Positions 53,209 to 64,000 of a DNA stretch of 64,000 bases are shown here, piece by piece. Position 1 is the stretch's first letter. Each line of letters starts with the position of its first letter. The DNA comes from Raja brachyura (Eukaryota). The stretch is taken from the NCBI GenBank assembly GCA_963514005.1, contig OY740798.1, positions 22,072,001-22,136,000 on the forward strand, in the 5' to 3' direction. A program made the translations under genes and the position numbers. Under the pieces are notes generated by a model, which worked only from the letters and a program-made list of their open reading frames with translations, did not search any database and was not told where the DNA came from.

Positions 53209-54914
53209 TACCGTAGAGTCTATTTAAAAAACAAAGAAAATGAAACCTGCCATTAAATGGGAAAAATGTAAAAGAAATAAAATCAATTTCAGTCAATCAT
53301 AGCAGCGTGGTCAGCAAGCCTAACTGACAAAGGAATTACCCTATCATTTCTTCCCTGCCTGACTATACCATTGTCAATACATGTAGAAGGCGAATGGATC
53401 ACTTAACATTAAACACTCTACAAAGTGAGAAGTCTATGGGATAGAATGGGCAAACAGAGTTAAGAGGACATAAGACAATACAATGCCTCTTGGGCTAGGC
53501 ACCAAGCTATGCTGTGCATAGCTAAAGGTGTTGTGGATTCACCAGAAATACCAAATGCTTTGTAGAAGTGACAAACTTAATATTTAGGTCTTCTGCTTTT
53601 AGAATTACAAGTAGCATATGGTAGTAGGAATTGATTTTTTTGTTTGTTTTAAGAGCAGCAGAACTGCCATAACTGGTTTCAATCAATCAATCTCAAGTAC
53701 ATGATTACAACCATATAATACTACTGCTTAAACAAAAATCAAAGGCACAGCAAGAAAACAGGCTTTTCAGGACTGCACTGCCCACCAAGCCGCCATTTTT
53801 ACATTGATCATACTCGACCCCATTTTATTCTCCCCACATTTCCATCAGGTCCCCCCCAGAGTGGCAGCCACTCTGTTAGCTGTGCCACCCCGAACATAGA
53901 GGTCCCACTGCACTTCCTGTGGCATATTTAATCAGTTCCTTGTCTTGTTACTTAGTAATTTTACTTAGATAAAATTATCTGAAAGTAGAATCAAAGTTCA
54001 TCATTACATTTGTAAATCATGAATATTTTCGAATTTGAGATATGAAATATGCAACTTAATTTATTACTAATAAAGATTCATTGCAAAAATAGGGAAGGTT
54101 GTTGTTAAATGTATTTTTAACTCAGATTAGGCCTAGTAAAGTTCAATATAGATAAATATTTTCCGCACTTTAAAATGGAAAAGATGATTAAATATGCAAA
54201 CTCGTGTTTTGCTCGAGACAGATAAATGAAAAATGAGGCAGATCTCTTTGCTTTCTCACAGAGAATACATTTTGTATAAGAAAGTTTAGTCCACCATGTC
54301 TAAACATTAATGTATTGGTCATAGTGCTAATATGGATTCAGCATCACTGGTTACTGAACTCTGCATGAGTTGCACAGCTTCTAATGTCTAATCCACAACT
54401 GCTCATTTATTATTGATGTGAGGATCTCTTATTCTTCTGTGCATATGCCAGATGTGGTTTGGACAGGAAGATAACTAGAACAGAGCCTCTGAACTATTCC
54501 TTAATATGTCATTATCGTACTCAGATAGTAACAGTGTATAAAGAAAAACTGAAGGCAAATAGTGTCATTGTAAATGTATTCAAACTCTCACAGCTGTTAC
54601 TTGGCATCATATGCTATCATACCTTTCACATATGCTGTCATACCTTTCACGACGATACTATCATATTTATCACTAAAGTGATGGGTAGAAAGAGTGATTC
54701 TATCCCATTCTGCTTCATCATTGGAGATCTAAATTTAAACCCGAGATTCTTAAAATTATTTCAGCTTGGAAAGGAAGAAGAGCCTTGAACAAAGCCAAAC
54801 AAATTATGATTGCTTCATTACTGTATAGTAAAATATTCAGGTGGAATTTAGCATATATTCAACATGCCTCCTAGTGAACCTAGGGCACTGAATCAAGGAA
54901 GTGAAGATACTGGT

Positions 54915-55110
54915 TTACAAAAAAAAAGACATAGAATGCTGGGGTGACATAGCAGGTCAAGCAACATCTCTGGAGAACATGGATAGGTGATATTTCGGGT
55001 TGTGAGCTTTCTTCAGACCTCTTCATCGGAAGAAGGGTTCATACCCAAAACGTCACCCATCCATGTTCTCCAGAAAAGCTGCATGACCCCTGAGTTGCTC
55101 CAGCACTTGT
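54915..55110. mobile_element. Fold-back pair of Penelope pseudo-LTR ends, diverged
   Basis: tctggagaacatggataggtga / tcacccatccatgttctccaga inverted arms. Confidence 0.78.
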
Positions 55111-55419
55111 TGGGTATGTTGGGAGGCAGGAAAACATTGCTAGAGGATACAGATTTAAACAGATTTATGAAATTAGGAAAAATCATTTATTTACACAGAA
55201 AGTTATTTTCTTTTGGAATGCATTGCTCAATGAACGGTGAAAGTAGTTTCATCCATTCCTTTGAAAAATAAACTGGATTAGTATTTAAGAGAAACCATAG
55301 AGCTATGGGAAATGGGAAGTGGGAATGGTGGTGGCAGTGGGTTGGAAAAAATAGTTTTGCTCTTGCATTGAGCCAGCAAGATTCAAAGGACTGAAAATCT
55401 TCTTCGTAAACTGCTATAC

Positions 55420-56160
55420 CACCAGGGGGGCCCGCACAATGGCAGCCTCGACAACAGTCTGACTGTTGTTTTGTCTTTATTTTTAGTGTGTTTTGAAAGT
55501 ATGTGTCAATGTTCTCTGGTTTGTTTTATGTGGTGGGTGATGGAGGGAGTTGGGGAAAACTTTTTTTCAATCTCTTACCTTGCCGGAGATGCGATTGTTT
55601 TCCGGATCGTATCTCCGGTCGCTCTGCGGACTAACATCATGGAGCTGGAGGCCTTGCTCGGGACCGACTTTGAGCCCTACTGCGGGGCCGTGGACTTACC
55701 ATCGGAGCCAATCCCTTGCCTGGGATCGACGCTCCAACCGCGGCCTACGGATTTCAACATTGAGGAGCTCGCAGTCTCTGGTAGAGCCCGATGTCTGGAA
55801 GCTCCAAACGATGCAGAAGGTTCGACCACATGGCAAGGGGAGCTGAGATTCCCCCCCGATGCAGGAGCTTGATCTCCCCGACGCAGAGGACCCGTCTGCC
55901 GGCTACGGAGCCAAGATCGTCCCATCAACGGAAGGTTCGAGGCCCCCGACCGCGGCAGGACAAAGAAGGGAAGAGATTGAACTTTGTTTCACCTTCTGTC
56001 ACAGTGGGGAATGTGGAGGAGTCACTGTGGTGGATGTTTATGTTAAAATGCCTTTTTGTATGTTCTGTTGCTTTTTATTTGTTTGCCTGTATGGCAAAGG
56101 AAATTCCTCGTATGTTTCAAAACATACTTGGCTAATAAAGTATTATTATGATTATGATTA
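55420..56160 (+). mobile_element. Non-coding CpG-rich retroposon with Rex1-like 3' tail
   Basis: 3' hairpin gtatgtt-tcaa-aacatac (56110-56127), AATAAA 56134, (ttatga)n tail; second copy at 16235-16660. Confidence 0.72.
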
Positions 56161-56940
56161 ACGTTCTATATTCTTTTTCTGAAATTTGCGACTAAATTTC
56201 CCTGCCTTTTCAGTACACAACCTATCTGAAAACATGCTGCGCAAACTTCCACTAACTACTGTAATAACTAAGCAGGATTTACCTGATGTGAGAAAAAAGA
56301 TGAGAAAAGACTGTTTATGGACACACTTCAAAGCCATTGGCATACAGACAATTTCAGTTTTGGTGTCGCCTGGATTAACTGATCTAAAAGAGAATATTGA
56401 ACATTGATGCGAGTAAGAATTAGCCAACCCTTGGCCAAGAAATCACGACTTTTATCATGAATGATACTGTACTGATATTATGCTGGTGCACACCACTACT
56501 CAAATTCTCTCTGTAGCAAGAACCCCATTGGAATTTTTAATACATTTTCTCTGATAGTCAAGTGGCACTAAACACTGTCATTATCAAATGTGCTTTATAT
56601 AATATAGTCTTCATACAATGCAGTACTGTGTTAGACCAGCAATGACACAATCTGATCCTTAATTTAATTTTCTCATTTATGAACTATTATATACAGCATA
56701 TACTACATTATAAACATCGGAAGATCACATTCAGGAACATCAGCTGGTTGATAATGCCTGCTCCACACCCGTTGTGCCTGGAGCATCACAACACTTTCCA
56801 CCTCCTTCATCTGCAACAGTATAGTTTTGTTTATCGTCACGTGTACCGAGGTACAGTCAAAAGGTTTTTACTGACAAACCACCCAGGCACCAACCCTCAC
56901 CTCACCTCCCATAACCTGTGAAGAGCAAAATTAAATTCCT

Positions 56941-57545
56941 CGTTTAGTTTAGAGTTTAGAGAAACAGCGCGGAAACAGGCCCTTCAGCCCATCGTGTCAG
57001 CACCGACCATCGAACCCCGCACATTAACATTACCCTGGACACAAGAGGGACAATTTACACTTATACCAAGCCAATTAACCTACAAACCTGTACGTATTTG
57101 GAGTGTGGGAGGAAACCAAAGATCTCGGAGAAAACCCAGGCGGTTATGGGGAGAACGCACAAACTCCATACAGACAGCACCAGTAGTTGGGATTGACCCA
57201 GGTCTCTCCCACTGCTAGGGTTGTTATGGGTTGTCCCACTAGTTTGTCGCCGTATGTTCGCCAGTGGTCGCCGGGAGTAGTCTCCTCAGTCGCGCAAAAA
57301 GTCATAGCGTCTTTCTGGTCACCGCTAAATTTTCAACATGTTGCAAAATTATCGGCAACAGTGCGTTTGCTCCAATGAGAGTAGCTTGACTTCTCCTGAA
57401 GTAGGTGCTGTCGTTGGTTGTCGCCAGGATGACGTAGGTTGTCGCCGGTTTTTCGGCAACCTGCTACGACTATGACAGTCGCTAGCAGTTGCCTAACAAA
57501 TTGCCAAGAGGGACAGGCCCATAAGCTGCGCCACCGTGCCACCCT
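56941..57545 (-). mobile_element. V-SINE interrupted by a MITE
   Basis: (tttag)n tail at 56942; head gctgcgccaccgtgcc at 57525-57540. Confidence 0.85.
57228..57520. mobile_element. PIF/Harbinger-like MITE
   Basis: gggttgtcccact...agagggacaggccc termini, TTA/TAA-like flanks, central palindrome aattttcaacatgttg(c)aaaatt, gtcgcc subrepeats. Confidence 0.6.
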
Positions 57546-60029
57546 TTCCTACATTTGTGACTCTATTCATTTTATGTGTGTAGCTTTGTGCAGAAATAAA
57601 ACATATGTGATCTTATTTGGGAAACAAGCTCTCCTTAAGAATGGGATTCTGTTGTAGAATATTGGACTATTTCACAAATACATTTTGAATGGTACTATCT
57701 TCACATTAATTTATCCTCCAGCATTTAAATGTGCTGTAATAATGTTGTTGAATACATTTCTCGTATATGCTAAATTAAAAATAAATGTTAGAGAACAGTT
57801 AATACGATTGGTAGGCTATTTTACAGCGATTATTGCAATGTGCAATTTTAAGCAGCTGTTCCATCTTCATTGCTCCTGAAGGGATGCTTTCAATCTTTCG
57901 CTTGTTGATAGCTGGATACACAGATTTATTTTCCCCTTTTCTTGATCTGCTTGCGCTGAAAGTGAATACGTATAAATACAAAGCAACAAGCAGAAGTCAG
58001 TACCTCCTACAATGGGATAACAGGGACTATCATATGACGAGAAGCCAGTGTATGGTCATACCTGAACATTAGAACAGATAGCTTGATTAATTAAGGTGAA
58101 AGAAAACATACCATGGGGGATCTTTAAAACCACTCCGCAACTGCCTCCCAATATAATCTCACCAACTTGATAAGGGCTGAAATCATTACTGGAAACAGCC
58201 AACTGCAATGAAATTGTTTTAGCTATGGTCATTTAGTACAGGTAATTATTTTGCAGTTGATAATGTGTCCTGCTCTGTTGGGGATAGTAATCCATACTCA
58301 AAGGTGGTATGAAAATAACTATCCAACCACCAGCAGTCAAGGGACTCCGCTATTCCTCCGACTTTGTCCCTTAGGTTTCCTAGTTTGTCTGAAGTTAAAA
58401 CTCAAATTGATCTATCTGCTTAACAATCTGGAAAGTATCATCTGATACAGAGCACCAGAGCTAATTAGAATAGTATGTTTCCTCATTTATAATATTTCAA
58501 AGATAGTGCAGAAGTCAGGCTCAATGCAAATTGTACCTCTAAAGCCTTGAGCAAAGAGCAACTCCACATGGATGAACCAATAATGTTAACAAACACTTAT
58601 TTTATTATGTTTCACTGGTAAGTTTTGCCCTGATGATCATGCACAACTCATTAAATTAGGAAGTCTGATAATGTCTGCTAAATTCCCATGCTTCACTTCA
58701 ACAGAAAAACATTTCAGCTGGTGCCAAATGTGAAGCCCGAGGGGCAATATAATACATAGAGTTATGGGATCTGCAATGGAAGATGCTTTGCATTGAAGCA
58801 GCAACTGTATGGATTATGCAAAGTACAAAAGCTTTGAAGGAGTTGAAAATTATTTCCACTTCCCATAAGAATTTTCTGTTGAAATTAATTAGAGCCAAAA
58901 GCATTGCTACAGGAATCCTTCCAACAAAATAAATGTCAGACTTGCATACTCAGTCCTCCCCCAGTCTAAACAGTGAAGAAACATCAGTGGGCCAAGAGCC
59001 CTGAAGCAGCATAAAATAGTCGAAGTGTTTTAATAGCACTTTTCTTGTCCTAAATAATTTGGATTTGATTCTGGTTTCTCACAGGATCGTAGATGGTGGT
59101 GTTACTGATGCCGGAGTATCACATATTCACAGATATGGAGCCATTCATTATCAATTCATTTCTTTGCAAACACAAGTTATTCACTTCAGAATAGAGCAGC
59201 GTTAAAAGGATTCAAATTTCCCAGCAAGTACAATAAATAAAATATAATGGGCTTAATGGACCACAACAACAAATCTGTGTATCTTTCAATCACAGGTCTG
59301 AACCAATTTCACACTCTCATTGAAATATCATTAGAATAAAACTTCTCATGGGCTGAACAATAACGCATTTTCAAGTTATCAATTTACGAAAAAAAAACGG
59401 CTGCACCGATTTCAATTTTTTCTCATGCCTGAATCAAGAACTCATAGAACAACTGAATATGAATCAAAGGAGCAGTTATGGAAATAGGACTTTAATGAAG
59501 AGCTGTTACCTGAATAAAATTATTTCCATTAGGTGCATAACGAATCTCTATAAAAGTGCACGTGTCACTGCACACTGAAACCCAGTTTGGGCAAGATTCT
59601 TTTGGAAATTAATTTATTTAAACTCTATGGTGACGCATTGTTAAAATTGGATAATCCCTAACATAGAATATTGGATTGATGCACACGCTATAAAAATTAC
59701 CAATCCAAGTAAATCACATCCATTTCAAATGAGCTAATGAGAGAGCAGGATCAAATAGATCACACACTAGAACTGGGTGTTGTGTGCTGAGGTAACAGAT
59801 AATTTGGGGCACCAATAGAGTGGTCCACATTTTATGCCGGTGTACATTATTTTTACCAAACACATTTGGGGTTTACCAAAGTGAATTGGATAACAATGCC
59901 AACTGCATAACAATGCCAAACAAGGTCAAATGATGTGAACCCATCCGCTGACTGCCAGAAGTATGTTCATTAACTTCACAAGTTCTGGGAGCAGAATTAG
60001 GCCGTCGATCCTATCTCACACTTTTTTGT

Positions 60030-60240
60030 GTTTTCATCTTTGGCCTTTGTCCAACCATCTGCCAATTAAAACCCACCCTCATCAATAACCACCTATCACT
60101 TGCTAGGTTTTGTCTTGTATCCATTCTCTTCCAGACTTCTCCCCCCACAACAGTGAAGAAGGGTTGTGACCCAAAACATCATCTCTTTTTTCCTGAGATG
60201 CTGCCTGACCCACTGAGTTACTCTAGCACATTGTGTCTGT
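60030..60240 (+). mobile_element. Penelope pseudo-LTR fragment
   Basis: gaagaagggttgtgacccaaaac..gatgctgcctgacccactgagttactc. Confidence 0.75.
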
Positions 60241-61595
60241 TTTTACAACAGTAAATAGATTTTTGTTAACAATCTCTTCTTATTGGCAATCTCTTCTCTC
60301 TTCCATTTGTTAAAAATCGCAATAATTCGCCATGTAATAAACATATTCATAATAATCCACCATGGCTGCCATGGTTTAGAGGTTGCATTTAAAAAAATAA
60401 AACATGACATAAAACACACTCCATATAACCTGTCTAAATGTGACAACATCATATTGTGCTAGTTTCCTCATTGATTGTTCTCATTTTATATCAGCAGAGA
60501 AGCTACTTAACTCATTATTGGTGAAGTTTACAAATTATGACATGACATCCCATGTCAAATAGCTTACTTTGCAGTGTATCATTGGGAGGAAGTTGATTTC
60601 AGGTTCTATGGAGGATGTGTCGCAAATCAATAGTAATAAACATGAACAACGCAGTAAATCCCTTGTTCTGCTCAATGGCATATCAGGGGACAGCAGCTGT
60701 TATAATCACTTCCATTAGATCATTTTTCTTAACACCAGGTGTCCGTTAACAATCACAAACCCACATCGAACAATGGCTTCATTGATTTAAAAAAAGTAAA
60801 TATCTAAGGGTTTACAATATGCAGTGTGCATTGGTACTGACAAAAATCAATCTTTGATTATTTTCCACATAAATGTAAATTCTAAATCCATAATAATTAT
60901 TGACGGAAAGCCTGAACACTCATCCAGATTACTTTGCATACTTCAGTGTCTCAGGTCGCACTGTAGGAAGTCTACACAAAGAGATGAGGAACATCTTCCA
61001 TGCTTTTACTATGATTTATTTTAACATGAACTACTTTGAGATATGATATTTTGCATACCCGGAACAGCCGGTGGGATTGGACCCTTGGATTCTGATTTTT
61101 TCCATTACAGGGCCTTTTATTTCATCATGGCTGGACACTCCATGATTGAGCTTGATTGTTACAGTGTGGCAACAACTACATTGTCATTCCATCATTCAGC
61201 TACAAGCATGTTTGAAGGTGAACTGCATAGACATCAATCTTTACGTGTGTGCCAAAGTTCTATGTAATTCTCAAATGCTCCGTTTATCAGGCAATCCATG
61301 TCTCTTGACCACCAAACAAGTGGAAGTCACAGATCAATCGGTAAATCAACTTGGATGTGTACATACAGTTGTACACAACGTGATCTGGCTTGAATGAACT
61401 ACCATTTGCACATTCAGATGCTTCAGCATTTCAATGCTCCTTTCATTGAGCAGCTTTATATGCTGAGTGCCTTGTTTTGGCAACCAGCAAAAAGCTGGGA
61501 ATTAAGACAAAATAGTGCAAGTACTCAGAAGGTCAGACAACATCTGCAGAGAAATTCTTCAAAGTTGAGGAATTTTCACAGTGGAGCGGACAAAA

Positions 61596-61780
61596 TGTGT
61601 AGGAAAGAAGTGCAGATGCTGGTTTAAATCGAAGGTAGACACAAAATGCTGGAGTAACTCAGCGGGACAGGCAGCGTCTCTGCAGAGAAGGAATAGGGGT
61701 CTCGACCTGAAACATCACCTATTCCTTCTCTCCAGAGATGTTGCATGTCCCGCTGAGTTACTCCAGCATTTTGTGCCCAT
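61596..61780. mobile_element. Fold-back Penelope pseudo-LTR insertion
   Basis: cacaaaatgctggagtaactcagcgggaca / tgtcccgctgagttactccagcattttgtg inverted arms; tgtgtaggaaa at 61596-61606 and 61782-61792. Confidence 0.85.
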
Positions 61781-62224
61781 CTGTGTAGGAAAATGTATTT
61801 TATTAGAATTATAAAAAATAGAAATCAGACTCGTTTTAAATTTCTGAGAAGGATGATAGAAAGAAAATGTCTGTGGAAGGATGGTCCAAAATATACTAAA
61901 TGACACGTTGAAAATCAAGAAAACACACAAGGGGAAAAATGAAAACAGACAAAGCTATAGGTACTCAGCAGGTCAGGAAACACATGTGAAAAATGAAACA
62001 GAGTTAACTTTCAGGTTGAACAGCTTTTAAAATATCACTTAAAATATCTTTCACTTTATAAAGAAGTTGCCTGGCATGCTAAATGTTCCAGCAATTTCTG
62101 TATTTTTGCTGAATGCTTCAAGTTGTTGTGGTGCCAGCTAAGTGAAAGTGCTTTAGGCTTGTTAACTGCAAATTATCTTTCATGAAATGTAAATAAAAGG
62201 AAATAAATTAAAATAATAAATATA

Positions 62225-62940
62225 GATGAGTTGGTGAGTACCCATTTTGTCTATGACACAAAAATTGGAGGAGTTCAGACTATGAGGAATGTTCTCAGAA
62301 AATACAGTGCAATATATATCGGCTGCAGAAATAGCATATGGAGTTCACTCTGAGCAAGTGTGAGGTGTTGCACTTTGGAAGGTTTGAATGTAAGGTGAGA
62401 GTATACAGTATAATGGCAAGACCATTAACAGCACTGATATGCAGAGGGATCGTGGAGTCCAAGTTCATAGCTCACTGAAGGTGGCAATGTGAGTAGACAG
62501 GGAGGTAATAAAAGGCCATATGGTATGCTTGCCTTCATTGCTAGGGGCATTGAATATAAATTCAGGAAGTCATGATGGAGCTCTATAGGACTTTGGTTAG
62601 GCCACAATTGGATTATTGCATGCTGTTCTGATCGCACTATTACAGGAAAGCTGTGGAAGCTTTGGAGAAGGTGCAGGGGTTTACCAGAATGCTGGTTAGA
62701 GGGTTTCAGCTACAGGGAGAGGTTGGATGGACTTGGATTGTTTTCTCCGCAACATTGGAGGTTGATGGGAGACTTGATCGAAGTATAAAAAATTATGAGA
62801 GGCAAGATGTGCACCACTAGAGGGCCTTACTATAAGGTGAGAGGAGAAAAGTTTAACGGAGATGTGCGGGGCATTATTTTTACACCGAGAGTGGTGGGAG
62901 CCGGGAATGCTTTGCCAGTGGGTGGTGGTGGAGGCAGATA
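62225..62940 (+). mobile_element. CR1 LINE 3' portion, interrupted by a Tc1
   Basis: aagtgtgaggtgttgcactttgg; ctctataggactttggttaggccacaattggattattg; gagagtggtgggagccgggaatgc. Confidence 0.88.
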
Positions 62941-64000
62941 CAGTGCCCTCCATAATGTTTGGGACAAAGTCCCATTATTTACTTATTTGCCTCTGTACTC
63001 CACAATTTGAGATTTGTAATAGAAAAAAATCACATGTGGTTAAAGTTCACATTGTTAGATTTTATTAAAGGCCATTTTTATACATTTTAGTTTCACCATG
63101 TAGAAATTACAGAGCTGTGTTTATACATAGTCCCCCCATTTCAGGGCACCATAATGTTTGGGACACATGGCTTCACAGGTGTTTGCAATTGCTCAGGTGT
63201 GATTAATTGCCTCCTTAATGCAGGGTTAGGAGAGCTTTCAGCACCTAATCTTTCCTCCAGTCTTTCCATCACCTTTGGGAACTTTTATTGCTGTTTATCA
63301 AAATGAGGACAAAAGTTATGCCAATGAAAGTCAAAGAAGCCATTATCAGACTGAGAAACAAGAATAAGACTTTAGAGACATCAGCCAAACCTTAGGCTTA
63401 CCAAAATCAACTGTTAGGAACATCAGTAAGAAGAAAGAGAGCACTGGTGAGCTTACTAATCGTAAAGGGACTAGCAGGCCAAGGAAGACCTCCACAGCTG
63501 ATGAAAGAAGAATTCTCTCTATAATAAAGAAAAATTCCCAAACACCTGTCCTACAGATCAGAAGCATTTTTCAGGAGTCAGGTGTGGATTTGTCAATGAC
63601 CACTGTCCACATAAGACTTCATGAACAGAAATACAGAGGCTACACTGCAAGATGCAAACCACTGATTAGCTGCAAAAATAGGAATGGCCACGTTACAGTT
63701 TGCCAAGAAGTACTTAAAAGAGCAACCACAGTTTTTGCAAAAAAAGGTCTTGTGGACAGTTGAGACAAAGATTAACTTGTATCAGAGTGATGGCAAGAGC
63801 AAAGCATGGAGGAGAGAAGGAATTCCCCGAGATCCAAAGCATACCACCTCATCTGTGAAACACTATGGTGGGGGTGTTATGGCCTGGGCATGTATGGCTG
63901 CTGAAGGTACTGGCTCACTTATCTTCATTGATACAACTGCAGATGGTAGTAGCATAATGAATTCTGAAGTGTGTAGACACATCCTATCTGCTCAAGTTCA
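62941..64000 (+). mobile_element. Tc1/mariner IR/DR-type DNA transposon (left TIR and transposase; runs off the window)
   Basis: TA|CAGTG terminus; 17-bp DR ccataatgtttgggaca at 62950-62966 and 63149-63165. Confidence 0.93.
63303..64000 (+). pseudogene. Tc1 transposase pseudogene
   Basis: Frameshifted MRTK..RDISQTLGLPKSTVRNI..SRPRKT..ARCKPLIS..VLWTVETKINL..SVKHYGGGVMAWACM; first catalytic D appears as V (WTVETK). Confidence 0.9.

Noticed and set aside
54608-54649. Short tandem duplications (also 8065-8090, 14795-14862, 27757-27782, 59890-59920) and poly-G/TA runs (19851, 24061, 26219)
   Set aside because: Ordinary slippage products with no sign of function.
55550-55960. CpG island, promoter or overlapping ORFs
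   Set aside because: Lies inside a repeated retroposon; the ORFs reflect high GC content.
60243-60452. ORF with KREEIA resembling BRSK2 exon 3 VEREIA
   Set aside because: Upstream of exon 2 and no further similarity.

Overview
Eukaryotic, AT-rich, repeat-dense DNA, most likely from a cartilaginous fish. The skate/ray assignment is inferred from HE1-like tRNA-derived V-SINEs and HER1/CR1 LINE tails. The only convincing host coding sequence is one 95-bp minus-strand exon (43522-43616) encoding (G)[31 protein letters not shown], i.e. coding exon 2 of BRSK2 (SAD-A kinase). The window therefore appears to be BRSK2 intron 1 (>20 kb) plus intron 2 (>43 kb); I found neither the canonical exon 1 nor exon 3. 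The introns contain many CR1 and Rex1/Babar-like LINE fragments, V-SINEs, Penelope-like (GIY-YIG) elements with hammerhead-ribozyme-like cores, and short fold-back derivatives of those elements. They also contain a 750-bp solo LTR with a 4-bp TSD, a decayed IR/DR-type Tc1 transposon plus a solo TIR of the same family, and several non-autonomous TIR elements. Nearly all ORFs in the supplied track are TE fragments or chance ORFs. No prokaryotic system is present. The best leads are the ribozyme-bearing Penelope fold-backs, a 79-bp inverted templated insertion inside a young CR1, and a speculative in-phase alternative first exon for BRSK2. TE boundaries are read by eye and approximate unless a TSD is quoted.
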